A DNA stretch of 64,000 nucleotides from assembly GCA_951406725.2 (NCBI GenBank), contig OX597831.1, positions 70,928,001 through 70,992,000 of the forward strand, in the 5' to 3' direction. Below are positions 40,965 to 54,192 of this stretch, piece by piece. Source of the DNA: Octopus vulgaris (taxonomy: Eukaryota). Made by a program: the position numbers and the translations under genes. The notes beneath the pieces were generated by a model. The model worked only from the letters and a program-made list of their open reading frames with translations. It was not told where the DNA came from and did no database searches. Position 1 is the first letter of the stretch, and the number at the start of each line of letters is the position of its first letter.

Positions 40965-41250
40965 AGGTATGGCCGTGTGGTAACAAGGTTGCTTCCCAAT
41001 CACATGGTTCCAGGTTCAGTCCCACTGTGTGGCACATGTGTGTGAGTGTTTGTGAGTGTGTGTGTTTGTGTTTGCATTTGTCCACCACCAACACTTGACA
41101 GCCAGTGTCGGTGTGTTTATGTCCCTGTAACTCAGCAAAAGGAACCAAGTGAATGAGTATAGAAAAGAAAAGTACTGGGGCTGATTCCTTTGACTAAAGT
41201 TCTTCAAGCATGACAACGGCCTAAGGAATGAAATAAGTAAAAGGTAAAAA
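40965..41250 (+). mobile_element. SINE family A, internally deleted
   Basis: Head tggccgtgtggtaa...ggttcagtccc and tail gaaataagtaaaag. Confidence 0.75.
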
Positions 41251-42327
41251 ATACATGAAAGATGATAAAAATGGAGTGACCTGATAAGAGGATGAACCTT
41301 ATCTCTTTATAGAGATCTTAATGTAGCTGTGAAGTGTGGGGCTGATTCGAATCAATTACTTGTGACTGATTCTCTTTCAGATTTTTCCTCAAATTTTCAA
41401 TATACCATTGTAATATAAACTACATGTCTATCTCTGTTGCCACATGAGAACTGAAATTCATCCACTACCAGTATAACATAACTGACATTAATGTGTACAT
41501 GTGTGTGTATTGGTGTTTATATACTAACCTGCAAATAAAATATCTATAAATACAGGTGTGAAAATTTATGTGCATGTGTCTGTGTATAATCAGGTGTGGC
41601 TAAAGTCAAGTTTGGACAATGATGTGCTAATGTCACCCAGTGAGGCAGAAGCATGATTTCACATCTATATATGATGGCTATATGTATATACAGTTGAGAG
41701 ATGATAATGATGATGATGATGATGATGATCATCATCATCATCATCATCATCACCATCATCTCTCAAAAGCTTGCCATTGCACTTTCCTACGGAATAATAG
41801 TAGTAGTTGTTGTTCAATGCCAGGTTAACCCTAACCCAATGAATATTTGCATCCAACAGACTAACGATTCCAATCATGGCCATCCCATCAGTTATTTGAC
41901 ATAGTATATTCAAAATTATATTACACGAAGTGTCTTGCCTCTTTTAAAGTCAAAACACTTTAAGAGAGATTGGGTTGCTATTTCTAGAAGGACAAGCTCC
42001 CTCATCTGACGATAAAATTATTCGGTCCGATCCTCCTACGATCACCACCACTATAACAAAGAAAGGAAGAAAATGAAATCCAGGCAATCCTTCATCAGCA
42101 CTTCATAAAGTTTGAATAACTGAAGGAGACACTTTGTTATATTCAGTCAGTTATAAAAGGAGCACTTCACCATCCAAGATATGTATGTATGTATATAAAT
42201 GTGTGTGTGTGTGTGTGCCTGGTGTGTAAATACATATATGGGTTAACAAGGCTACCAATGGTTTCATGTAAAAAGAAATCTCTTTACGAATTTCACTCCT
42301 GATAGTCATCTCCATTTTATATATATT

Positions 42328-42728
42328 CTCTTTACTCTTTTTACTCTTTTACTTGTTTCAGTCATTTGACTGCGGCCATGCTGGAGCACCGCCTTTAATC
42401 GAGCAACTCGATCCCGGGACTTATTCTTTTGTAAGCCCAGTACTTATTCTATCAGTCTCTTTTGCCGAACCGCTAAGTAACGGGGATATGAACACACCAG
42501 CATCGGTTGTCAAGGGGGAAAACACAGACACACAAACACACATGCATATATATATACATATATACGACGGGCTTCTTTCAGTTTCCATCTACCAAATCCA
42601 CTCACAAGGCTTTGGTCGGCCCGGGGCTATAGCAGAAGACACTTGCCCAAGGTGCCATGCAGTGGGACTGAACCCGGAACCATGTGGTTGGTAAGCAAGC
42701 TACTTACCACACAGCCACTCCTGCACCT
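42328..42728 (-). mobile_element. SINE family A, full length
   Basis: Near-identical to 6997 and 18135 copies. Confidence 0.9.
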
Positions 42729-43221
42729 ATATAATTTGTTTAGTTTACATTCATTTTCCCATTGAGACATTGTTTTACCCATACATACCCTTCTTGTTGC
42801 AAACCCTCATCTGTTTTTCAAGTAAAGCATCTCGTATTCCAAACCTCATCAAAGGTACATAACAACCAGTGGATGATTTGTTAGCAAGGGAAATAACAAC
42901 ATTACTGCATGTGGCTCAGTGCTTTTTGGAGAACTACAAATACAAGCAAACACTCAGTCACATGCACATCACCACACAATCATTCATAGTTATCTCTATT
43001 ATGTATGTGAGTTTGCATGCACTTTTGGACCTTTTCAATTCCATAATTCTCATGACATTTCTTTAATTACATTGTTATTGAAGTATGTAGTGTTAATAGA
43101 GTACTAAAAATAGCAAAACAATGAAAACTCATTTGGAAAAAAAAAAGATTAGTAAATAAAATAAAATGAAATAGAAAAACAAATTATGTAAATTAAGTAG
43201 AAAATTTATAAATTAATGCAT

Positions 43222-43261
<40 letters not shown>

Positions 43262-43262
43262 G

Positions 43263-43293
<31 letters not shown>

Positions 43294-43636
43294 CTTACAT
43301 ACAGGAGACCAAAAGTGTATGTACGCCGCTATATGTATATATTAAAAAAAAAGAACAAGAATGTAATAGGTGACAACAAAATATCCCGACAGTTAGATGA
43401 TATCAAAATGGACAGGAAAAACAAGGACGGTTCATTTGGAGCTTCCTATCTTCCGTTGAGTTCCAGATCATCATTGCAGTTTCAGCCAGTTACACTTGAG
43501 ATTGCTCCAATTTAGCCAGCCCCAAGAAAATCTAATCTATCTACCTATTTATCTATTTATCAATATAAATGTGTGTGTGTATGTGTATGTATACGTATTT
43601 TTTCAATATGTGTGTTTGTGTGTATACATATTTTGG

Positions 43637-43686
<50 letters not shown>

Positions 43687-44436
43687 AACCTTCAAAATAA
43701 ACAATGACTGAACTTGTACATCCAAATACTTAATATATAATTTGTTCAGGATGTAGGGAGAAGTGTATGGGACAATAGGAATTATGTTAAGACAAAGACA
43801 GCACTACAAAGAGAAAAAACAAATTGCTTCCCAAGATATAAACAAATATCACTCTGTGAATACATAGATACATGTGCTGAGAATTTTTCAACCAAACTAT
43901 AAAATATTCCCTTTATCTCACTGCCGTGGAACAGTGAGATAAGCAACAGTGGATAAGTAAAGAGACTCCATTCATCGAAAAGCATCAACCACACCTAAAA
44001 ATGCATAATCAATTTTGATTACAATTTCATTCAATCAATTAAGTCAATCCAGTTAACTTTATTTATATATAATTAATCTATATATAATTGATTCGTTTTA
44101 CCATCACAAAATGAAAATTTACCTCTCCTGCTTCTAATAATAACAATCATTGATTACCTCCCAGAAAATTTATTTATTTACAAAATATCTGATCTCCTAT
44201 CAACATCGAATAATGACTAATTAACATAGCATGAAATTATAGCATAATTACAAATTATTTAATCATGCATAATGTATAAAAGTGAAACCAGTTGATTATT
44301 TAAACATTTTATTTCATGAATATTTTTTAGCATAAAAGTTTCAGTGCATTTTTTCTTCTTCCTATAATTTACCAAAATGGAAATTTTCTTTAATGTTTCT
44401 GTATATAAGCATGCATGCATATGTATTTCACACACA

Positions 44437-44470
<34 letters not shown>

Positions 44471-45354
44471 TACACACTATATCATTCAGCCACGGTAGAG
44501 GTTGAATATATTCTTAAGTCCACCATTTCGTTAATTGCAGCAGCTTCCAGACTTCACCACTAATTCATTTCTTAACTAAATTGCAAACTGTTAATAATTT
44601 TAAAGAGAACATCTCCTTAGCTGCACTTTGGCATAAATAGTTTGAGATATGGTTCAGTAGAAAAAAAGTTACATCAAAATATCTGCGACCTCAAGGTGTG
44701 AGGGGCAGTGAGGCAGATATTCATCTTCAAGTAACTTAATTTTTTAAATTTCAAATTAAAAGTATACCTTTCTTAGGCTTAAATGATAGAAAAATGCATG
44801 AGGAATTCAGAATTGCTAGTCACATTGAACAAAAATTAGTAGAAAAAGAGTTATGAGGTAAAATGTTACGAAATTTCATGTCAGTAAGTAAGGGAGTAAC
44901 ACTTAAGCAATAAGAATAAAGAATATATTTCTAAAATAAATGCTTACTTTCTAAGACAGTGAGCTGGCAGAAATGTTAGTGTGCCAGGCGAAATGCTTAT
45001 GGTATTTCATGTGTCTTTATGTTTTTGAGTTCAAATTTCGCTGAGGTTAACTTTGACATACCGATTATTTAATTAATTTTTTTTTAACTAAACACTTTCA
45101 AATTTCCGATACTGATAGAATGTGTCACATAGAACAGGGTTTACTCTTAACGTTTTTGACAAAATTTTGTATTTTAGAAGTTATTTTGTCAGAAGTTACA
45201 GAGTGACAATGGACAAATTTGTGTTTGATAAATGCCAATATACGAAACTCTCAGCTTTTGACTTACTCTCTAACTTCTACCCATTATATATATATATACA
45301 TGTTACATCACAAATCAAGCTAATGAAATCTCATCACACAATCAAACTAATGAA

Positions 45355-45536
45355 AGAGCTTCTACCTGGTCGCTCGACATGCTAAAAATAGCAGCCAAAG
45401 TATCTCCCTACCTAAATCACACGCCCATTGTATGTAATGTCTTATATTATCCCTAAAAAGACAGTTTGCTGAAGTCTGGAATGTCTTTGATGATAGGTTT
45501 GCAATATCAGGGTTGATTTGAGGCTAAATAACAACA
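45355..45536 (+). mobile_element. (AAC)n-tailed interspersed repeat, family E
   Basis: ggtcgctcgacatgctaaaaatagcagccaa...gaggctaaataacaac; relatives near 41805-42000(-), 55965-56180(+), 56470-56655(+), 2190-2260(-). Confidence 0.55.
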
Positions 45537-46137
45537 TTATGGTCAATTTCTATATTAACAGCCACACAATTTTCACTAAGAAAAAAATAATTTGATTTTT
45601 TGCATGGAATCAAGTATCCTGACCTCCTAATATGCTGCAAATCCCTTACTTTGGTTTGGAAAAAAAATGAGGTGGTGGGGTTCCCTCACCAATCCCGGAA
45701 TCATTGGAAATTTTTGTTGTTGTTGAATGAATTCCTGTGACCTTCTAATATTGCAAAATTAGGTTACTTAAGGTGAGCCTGGTAACTATAGTTTTGAGGT
45801 CTTGTTGTTTGTAACTTTTGGTGAACCATGGTGCAACCAACAACATGGTAAAAATCCCTGCCATTAATTTGGTGTGGATGGGTAATATCAAATAATTCAA
45901 TCACAATAAAAATTTTAATTAAACACGAAAAAAAAATGAAATATTATCATCACTTACATGGAAAAATTGAAATATTATCTTTCAGTATTTTATAAGGTAA
46001 AATCTTAAATTATTGACACATTATTAATTATCTTATAACAGCAATGCCTGGAAAAATCATGGATTACATGAAAGCGAGCATGAAAAGTCATATTCTTAAG
46101 ATTATAAACCTAGAAAAATACAGGACAAGTTATTACA

Positions 46138-46483
46138 ACTGTAAAAGTATAGGACAAGCTATTCCTTCCAGTAAAGAATAAGAAACTTTTACTTAAAGTA
46201 TTGCAGCTAAAATTTAAACTTGAATATTAAAACTTATTGCAAATAACACTATACTTATTTAAGTAGAATTAACACCCTTAAATACTACTTTAAATACAGA
46301 AAAATGTGACTAATTAGACAAACTTACAAATTAGCTGAACAGTTTTGTACAATAAATTTAAAAGATGAGAACTGTTAAAAGTGATAAATTAGAACTGGCA
46401 TTCATTACTGCAATGTTTTAAGTAAAAAGTTTCTTATTCTTTACTTTACTAGAAGTAATAGCTTGTCCTATACTTTTACAAGT
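46138..46483. mobile_element. MITE-like element with ~65-bp terminal inverted repeats
   Basis: tgtaaaagtataggacaagctatt...aagtattgcag (46140-46206) is inverted at 46408-46479. Confidence 0.7.
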
Positions 46484-46890
46484 GTAGACTATAATCTCTA
46501 TTATCAATGTCCAGCAACTGCTAATAGAATTTTCAGAAATCAGTTAATTCTGATCTAAATTTATATTTAAGAGTGAAATAGGTTTTGAATTGTATGTAAA
46601 TGAATTTGTTCCACTTAACAGATTTTCTTGTATTATTTATATAAAATAACATAATATTCCTTTTCCTTTGATAATAAGTTTCATATTGTAAAACAACTTT
46701 ATATCTCAAAGGATTCTTGAACAAATCCATATGTTGGATTACAAACTACTTGATAATTCTGATATCCTTGATATTCCTTCTATTGATTTGTTTGTTGTTA
46801 ATCTCCTGATTTTGATAGTGTGTGTACATGTGTGCGTTATTGAATGCATACACACTCCGTTTGTTGTGTGTGTGTGTGTGTGCATGTGTG

Positions 46891-46929
<39 letters not shown>

Positions 46930-47040
46930 ATGTAGTATATTGTGTTTCATACTTGATGCAGACATATTGCAGAATGTCTGGAAATTATGGTATTCCTCTA
47001 TAGAAAGCATCTCATAAGATGTATTGTGTTATATATATAC

Positions 47041-47090
<50 letters not shown>

Positions 47091-47116
47091 GTATATATAT
47101 ATACATATATACATAT

Positions 47117-47156
<40 letters not shown>

Positions 47157-47180
47157 GCTTACAGAATATAAAGAAAGTCA

Positions 47181-47231
<51 letters not shown>

Positions 47232-47599
47232 TAAAAATTTAATGCCCAATGTACGAATTTACATAATCCAGTGGTAATCACAAAAAATGCTCCTTTAGTG
47301 GACAAGGCTACAAACACACAATAAACCAATGTGTACAAGGAGTGTAATGTAGAGCCTTATGCAGTTGAAATTCAGTAAATCCAATCACTGAAGATTATAT
47401 CATGAGAAGTTTATAGAATATAAAATATAAAGAAAGCAAGGAGTTATGATATGACTACATTTATTTCACCAGTTGATATCCATAGGATGATGGCCATTTC
47501 ACAACCAACATCATGCAAAAATAATCCGTTTTAGTGCATAATAAATTATTTTACATGTCTGCACTGTTGTGTATGCTATAAAATTATAGCATTGAACAG

Positions 47600-47929
47600 G
47601 GCCTTTGGCTTAATTCAAATGACTGTGTAATCTTATGGATTACTATGTGCTTGATGAGGTTGAGACAAACACCAACCATTCTGCCTGCTTTACCAAGGCT
47701 GCGGTGGTGGCTAAGATCAAGGGGGTATTTAAAGATCTTTCCAGGGGCACAGTGAGGAATGCATGTGTCAGGTTCCAGAGACATCTTGAGGTTGTGGTGG
47801 AAGCTGAGGGTGACTACTTTGGAGTAGTGTTATCTCCCAGCCATAATATAGATATTTTTTATATTTTTTTAGAATACTTTTACTTTTGGATGGGATATTA
47901 TGTTTTCTTTGACTTTTATGCATTCCTGT

Positions 47930-47930
<1 letters not shown>
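47600..47930 (+). mobile_element. DD37D (maT)-like transposase C-terminal remnant
   Basis: MDYYVLDEVETNTN...VRNACVRFQRHLEVVVEAEGDYF aligns to the C-terminus of the 29641 element. Confidence 0.7.
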
Positions 47931-47971
<41 letters not shown>

Positions 47972-48013
47972 GTATAAATATATATGTATAAATATATATG
48001 TATGTATATATAT

Positions 48014-48430
48014 AGGCACAGGCGTGGTTGTGTGGTAAGAAACTTGCTTCCCAACCACATGGTTCCAGGTTCAGTCCCAATGCATGACACTTTGGGCAAG
48101 TATCTTTTACTATAGCCTTGGGCTGACCAAAGCCTCACAAGTGGATTTGGTAGATGGAAACTCAAAGAATCCCATTGAGCATGTGCGTGTGCATATATAT
48201 ATAATATATATATGGGAAGGAAGATCTTTGTGTCTGTGTTTGTCCCCTATCACTGCTTGACAACCAGTGTTGGTGTGTTCATATCACCATAACTTAATGT
48301 TTCAGCAAAATAGACAAATAGAATAAGTACTAGGCTTAAAAAATAAGTTCTTGGATCGATTTGTTTTACTAAAAAAAACCTTCACAGTTGTGGCCCAGCA
48401 TGCCACAGGGGAAATGACTGAAACAAGTCC
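48014..48430 (+). mobile_element. SINE family A, full length, diverged
   Basis: ggcacaggcgtggttgtgtggtaag...aatgactgaaacaagt. Confidence 0.85.
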
Positions 48431-48553
48431 AAAATGACTGGAACTTGTTACCAGTTTAAATATGCTTGAAGCATATTTGAACCTGTAAGGAAGCCATTCA
48501 CTGTATCTTTGTCATGGAGAAAATTTCTCACTGCAGACAAATAAGTATAAACG

Positions 48554-48790
48554 CATCATCATCATCATTGTTTGACCGTGGTTGAGACAGTGGAATTTAC
48601 TATGCTACGCCAGACTTCATGGTCCATCATAGCATTACAGAGGTCCTGTTGCTGGATGCCTGTATCCCTGGAGATTACATCAGGGTTGGAGAATGTGCGC
48701 CCTTCTGGTATTGCGAGTAGATGGCTTCCAGAGGAGAAGAGTAGAAATTGCCTCGTTTTTAGCTCTACAACAATGTCCAGCAAACTGGAC
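48554..48790 (-). mobile_element. RTE/RTE-X LINE 3' fragment with (GAT)n tail
   Basis: GRTFSNPDVISRDTGIQQQDLCNAMMDHEVWRSIV...*. Confidence 0.75.
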
Positions 48791-50013
48791 TCTCCTACCT
48801 TTCACATCAAGTTAGCTGATAGCGCCTCCTAACCAAATTGATGAATGCATGTATTTTGCAGTGGTTATCTCCTCTTCAACAGCAAATACCAAGAAGAGAA
48901 ACACTATGAACTGACAAGAGAGATAGGTCTCTCTTGCCATTGGTTACACTAATCATGGCTCACTGTAAATAGAATACAGAATAGATGTACTAAGCAGTGA
49001 TGTGTATAAATACAAGGTTTATTACCAGTTCAATTATGCTTGAAGCATATTTGAACCAGTAAGAAAGCCAATCACTATATTTATTCATTGAGAAAATTTC
49101 CCGCTGTAGACAGAGTCAGTTCAAGGCACCCCATAATCAGACTGCATGCATTTCGGAGTTATTATCTCTGCATACTAAGAACAGACTTGAACTGTGTCAC
49201 AAGTTTGTCTCGTCAATGTTGCCTTCAACAACAATAGCAATATAATTAATCAAAAGTTGATATCTCATAAACGTTCAATCACCCTGAACAACTTAACTGC
49301 AGTTATAGCTCATCTCCTTAAAAAATCTTGTTTTCTATCTCCGGTTTTTTTCTCTTCCTTTTTATTTCCCTACCCTTCTGCCTTTCTCTCTTGGTCTCCC
49401 TATATTTCACTTATCTCTTTCTCTTCCTTTTCTCTTATATTTTTTTAGAATGAAAACATGCATTATAGGAACAATAACATCATTAGTAATAGGTTTCCAA
49501 TGCGGCAATCGTAAAAGGTTCCCCGTGTTCTCAATGTTGAGAGTAACAAAGATGTCCCTGTGTAGCTTGAGTAGAATAAATACAAGTAATTTCTGTTTAA
49601 TGCTCTGGTTTATCAGCAACTTTTTTGTTTCACTGATATATACATAAACACAGAACCAACTCCCACACAGTTTGCATCAACCGAATTTTTTCTCAGAAAA
49701 GCAAGATGAAGTCAATTCTGTGTCATTTTCACAAAATACTCCATGCACAGTTGTATTGTACCTGGAACTACATAATCACAAAGTGAATTTTTTAACCACA
49801 CAGTCACATCTCTGTTTTCTTACCTTTTTTTCTTTTCTCCTTATCTTTCTTGCTTGTTTTTCTCCCATGATATAAGTGTAACAGAAAATAATGATATGGA
49901 TTATGGCAGTAATAGTGAATACGAACAATGATAATAACAACCATAAAAACAACAATGAGGATAATAATCAAGTAATATTTATTACTTCGTTCAATTTTGT
50001 TAAATATACTATG

Positions 50014-50066
<53 letters not shown>

Positions 50067-50939
50067 TATGTATGTGTGTTTGTGTTTCATTTTCTTTTGT
50101 AAAAATGTTTTTCAAGCATTGATTATCAGGAAAAGATCTGATAATGTACTTGACTCCTTATGAATGTAATTTATTAACAGGAATCTACTTCAATATTGAG
50201 ATAGAAGGAACACTGAGTATTTTATCTTGATTAAAATCTTAATCTTGGATTAATCATTTCAAACTGTTAAGTTCAAAACTAGTATTTTTTAAAGTTGAGA
50301 TAAATACTAAATAAATTATTTGGGCTTTTTTTTAGTGTTTTTGTTATAAAATAGTATTTATCATCTTTCAATGTTTATAGAAAAATATACAAGAAAATTA
50401 TGTTTTAGCTGTTGAAGAATTCATAATCCAACTAATTTTCTAGGAAAAAATTACAATAAAGATATTGTAATTATATTATTAAGATATCACATATAATAAA
50501 ATTTACTAGATGTTATACTTAGGTAATTTTTTTTTCTTTTTCTACAACATTCATCTTTACCATTTTCTCTTATCTGAAGCCAAACAATATCATAAAATTC
50601 TATGACATTGTATACACAGTATACTTTATCTTGTAATCTTGTTCATTTAACTCTTTAACGAGTATCTGTATGTTTAGTCAAATGCTAAATGTTATGTTCT
50701 ATTGGTTTATTTATGATTTGAGCAGAGGAAGATGGCAAGCTGCCAGAATCATTAAAGTATCAAGGAACTACCTTTGCAGTATTTCTTTCAGGTCAACTTT
50801 GCCTTTCAACCCTCTGGGGTCAATTAAGATAAATTAGCAGTCAAGTACTGAAGTCAATATAATTGACTAACTCCTCCCTTTCAAAATTGCTGGTCTTGTG
50901 TCTAAATTAGAAACAGTTATTTAGTCAGAGGAAGAGATA

Positions 50940-51140
50940 GTACTCAGGTGTCTGGAAACAATCTTACCCTGCCCCAGACTGTAGACTGATATCTGATGGA
51001 AAATGGAGAGAGAAAGGTCAATTTCCAGATAGTTGTGCAGTTCTGTGGAGAAAGGTTTGAGAAAAGTGTTTAGTGCAGCATTTGGAGGAGAGGAAAATAG
51101 TTGGAATTGTAAAAGGAGAAGGGAATAGTTGTGCAGGGCT
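50940..51140 (-). mobile_element. Old CR1/Jockey-like LINE 3' remnant
   Basis: CCTKHFSQTFLHRTAQL.W; a related remnant (AH..AVSSLS...LCSSE) lies at 52690-52900(-). Confidence 0.45.
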
Positions 51141-51599
51141 GGCTCTCAGGTTGTTGATGTCCCTGGCAAACTGAATTTTAGTGTCCTTACAAGTGTAATG
51201 CTTTTTGTTAATTTCATAAAGAGAAAAATCATAAATGTAGAAATAAAGTACTTATTACACTATACAGGGTAAAGAAAACACTTCAAACAGGTCAAACACA
51301 GCATCAAAGTTTTGAAGCTTGTCATTAATGTAAAAAAGAATAGGGAGTGAGAGAGGGGACATATCTACATTACTGGTAGTGATTTCAATATATTTTTCCT
51401 ACAAACATCTCATAGATGACAGATAGGTGAGAGAAAGTCCAAGAGTACTGGTGAATCCCTGTATATGTAACAAATATTCTCATATTATTGAACATGACTG
51501 AAAGAAGAAATGTTGAAAAACATACATTATCATAATTAAAATATTTTCTTTAATTTTAGACATTTAAACATTTTGAAAGCACTTTCTATTTTTTTTTTT

Positions 51600-52642
51600 T
51601 CTATCTTTCACTTGTTTCAGTCATACAACTACGACCATGCTGGGGCACTGCCTTGGAGGGTTTTGGTTGAACAAATCATCCTCAGTAGTTATTTTTTGAA
51701 GTCTGGCACTTATCCTATCAGTTTCATTTGCTGAATAACTAAATTGTAGGAGAATAAACAAACCAGCACCAGTTATCAAGCAGTGGTAGGGTACAAACAC
51801 CATCACAAAGACATACACAGACACAGACACATATACAGCAGGCTTCCACTCAGTTTTCATTTACTACGGTCACTCGCAAGGTATTGGTTGGCCTGGGACT
51901 ATAGGAGAAGACACTTGACCAAGGTGTCACACAATGGGACTGAACCTGATACCACATGGTGGCAAAATGAGTTTATTAACCACACAGCCATGCGTGTGCC
52001 TGTATGTCTGCCTCTTCTTTTATCGTCTTATTTTCTATAGACAAAATCACCAAATAGTTTAATCTGTTTTATTACATTGACAACTACAAACATGTCTGTA
52101 TAAGCTTTAGCTTACTAATGCTTCTCTTTGCCATCTTTGAGAAACTGCCCAGAAAGGATTTTATTTAATCGCAATGATCCCTGCCCTTGTTGTGCTTATT
52201 TTATTGATCTGCATTTACAGAATGGCTAAATTATTCTTTTGCAAATGCTGAAAAGTGTCTTTTGCCTTTTATATCTTACTTTTTACTTGTTTCAGTCATT
52301 CGACTGTGACCATCTTGAAGAATTTCAGTCAAACAAATCAACCCTAGTATTTTCCTTTTTGAACCTGGTACTTATTCTATCTGTCTTTTTTGCCAACCTG
52401 CCAAATTATGGGGATGTAAACATACTAACACCAGTCATCAAGTAATGATGAGGGACAAACACACATACATTCAAACATTTACACACATATGACAGGCTTT
52501 TTTCAGTTTCTGCTTACCAAATACACCCACAAGGCTTTGGTCAGCCTGAGAATATAGCAGAAGCCATTGCCCAAAGTGTCCCACGGTGGGACTGAACCCA
52601 GAACCATGTGATTGAGAAGCAAGCTTTTTACCACACAGCCAT
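51600..52642 (-). mobile_element. Two diverged SINE family A copies (51600-52002 and 52270-52642)
   Basis: Both run from cttgtttcagtca... to ...accacacagccatg. Confidence 0.8.
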
Positions 52643-53171
52643 GTATATATGAGTAAGAAGTAATGGACATAGTTGTCAGTGTTTGGCCCGAAGGATGGTG
52701 GATGTGATATAGGTGATGAAAGAAGAGATGACAGAGTAGAGAATACCTAAGGGAAGTGGCAAAAGACTCTGAAGAGCAGAGGACTCTGTAGTGTTGGTTT
52801 AAAAAGACGAGAGGGAGGAGACAGCACTGTTATGGGCCAGAGGTGTTTGTTGGTGATTTCATGCTAGAAAGTTACTGAGCAACCTTTCTTTGGATGAGAT
52901 TTAGAAAGTCAGCAAATACAGCTGCAATACCATCTCAAATGTGATAGCAGTTCTCTATTGTGGCTCTCACCTGAGCTTTATAGTTGATTAGTAGTTGTTA
53001 TATACTAGTGTATGATGTCATCATCATCATCATCATCATTTTCTCCTCTTTAGGCAGGGAGTTAACTTGGGGCATTCCCTTGATTTACTTTTACTCATTA
53101 AGTGTGGACAATATACTTTCACAAATAACATTTCTGTAGCTGAATGTTTAGTTTCTTGAGATCTTTTCTTT

Positions 53172-53860
53172 CATTCTTTAGCATTCAGATGACACTGTCA
53201 AATGTATACCTTTTGGCATAATGGAAGGTATCCAGTCACAGAAACCATGCTAAAAAAGACATGGAGCCTGAACAGCCCTTCAATTGGTTAGCATAGAAAA
53301 TGGACGTTAAATGATGATGATTTTGATGATGATGGTTTAAATTAATGAACATTATCTTATAACTTTCAGATTTCAATGATAGGATTTCTATTTTTAGAAT
53401 GACATTGTAGGGTAGGAGTGAAAAACCAGATCTCAGCTGGTTTGAACATAAAACAGGTAGAAAATTTGGATCAGATGTGGTCTGTTTAAATCAAAGGTTC
53501 TCAATTGGGGTCCATATGGCTCCTGAGGGTCCATATAAGATTTTGGGGGTCTACACAACAAAATAGTAAATTGTGAATCCACATTACTTTTTTTGAGGGC
53601 TCCTGAAAAAATTTTGCTTTAGATGTATGTTTTGAGATATACTGCAAGAAACAGCAAGGTTTCTGTATTTAAATTTAAATAGTTCAGCCTACACAAATTA
53701 ATGTGTGAAAAGCAAAATAGGAATTTTGAAAAAAGTATTTATAAAATTAGTTTTTAAACATTGAATGGTTATGGGGTCTGCCAGAATAAAATGGTAAACA
53801 AAGGGATCCATAGATAAAAAAAATGGTTTAGAACCCCTGGTTTAAATGCTGAAGGGTTGA
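53172..53860. mobile_element. piggyBac-like MITE hosting two nested insertions
   Basis: Ends ttctttagcatt / aatgctgaagggttga resemble TTAA-CCCTTTAGCATT TIRs (decayed). Confidence 0.45.
53492..53839. mobile_element. hAT MITE with perfect 8-bp TSD
   Basis: gtttaaat at 53484-53491 and 53840-53847; TIRs caaaggttctcaa/tttagaacccctg. Confidence 0.85.
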
Positions 53861-54029
53861 TCATTTTCAACCAAGTATTTCATCATTGTTTTGTGTACTT
53901 TCCCTTCTGCTGGGGTGGAATGGGGAAGACATATAAAAGGTTAGTTTAGCAACCACCATTTCTGACAGGTAAAGTAAGTGTCACTCTCTCTCTCTTTCGG
54001 AGAGGCACAAGCACCTACATGCACATATA

Positions 54030-54192
54030 CACACACGGCAGTAACTTCCGCCTGCCGAATTCAATCACAAAGCTTCGGTCGGCTTGGGGCTATAGTGGAA
54101 GACACCTACCCAAAGTGCCACGCAGTGGGACTGAACCCGAAACCATGTAGCTAGGAAGCAAGCTCCCTAACCACACAGCCATGCCCGTGCCT
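54030..54192 (-). mobile_element. SINE family A head half
   Basis: gggctatagtggaagacac...gggactgaacccg...ccacacagccatgcccgtgcc. Confidence 0.8.

Noticed and set aside
42353-42694. Recurrent ORF ending ...EDTCPRCHAVGLNPEPCGW
   Set aside because: Antisense reading of SINE family A; recurrence reflects repeat copy number.
43330-43535. Hammerhead in a TA-flanked insert (minus-strand GAAACTGCAAT)
   Set aside because: No recognisable core upstream of the putative stem II.
49449-49647. Exon after a long pyrimidine tract (similar acceptors near 55275 + and 42052 -)
   Set aside because: No recognisable protein similarity or convincing donor; such acceptors are common by chance.
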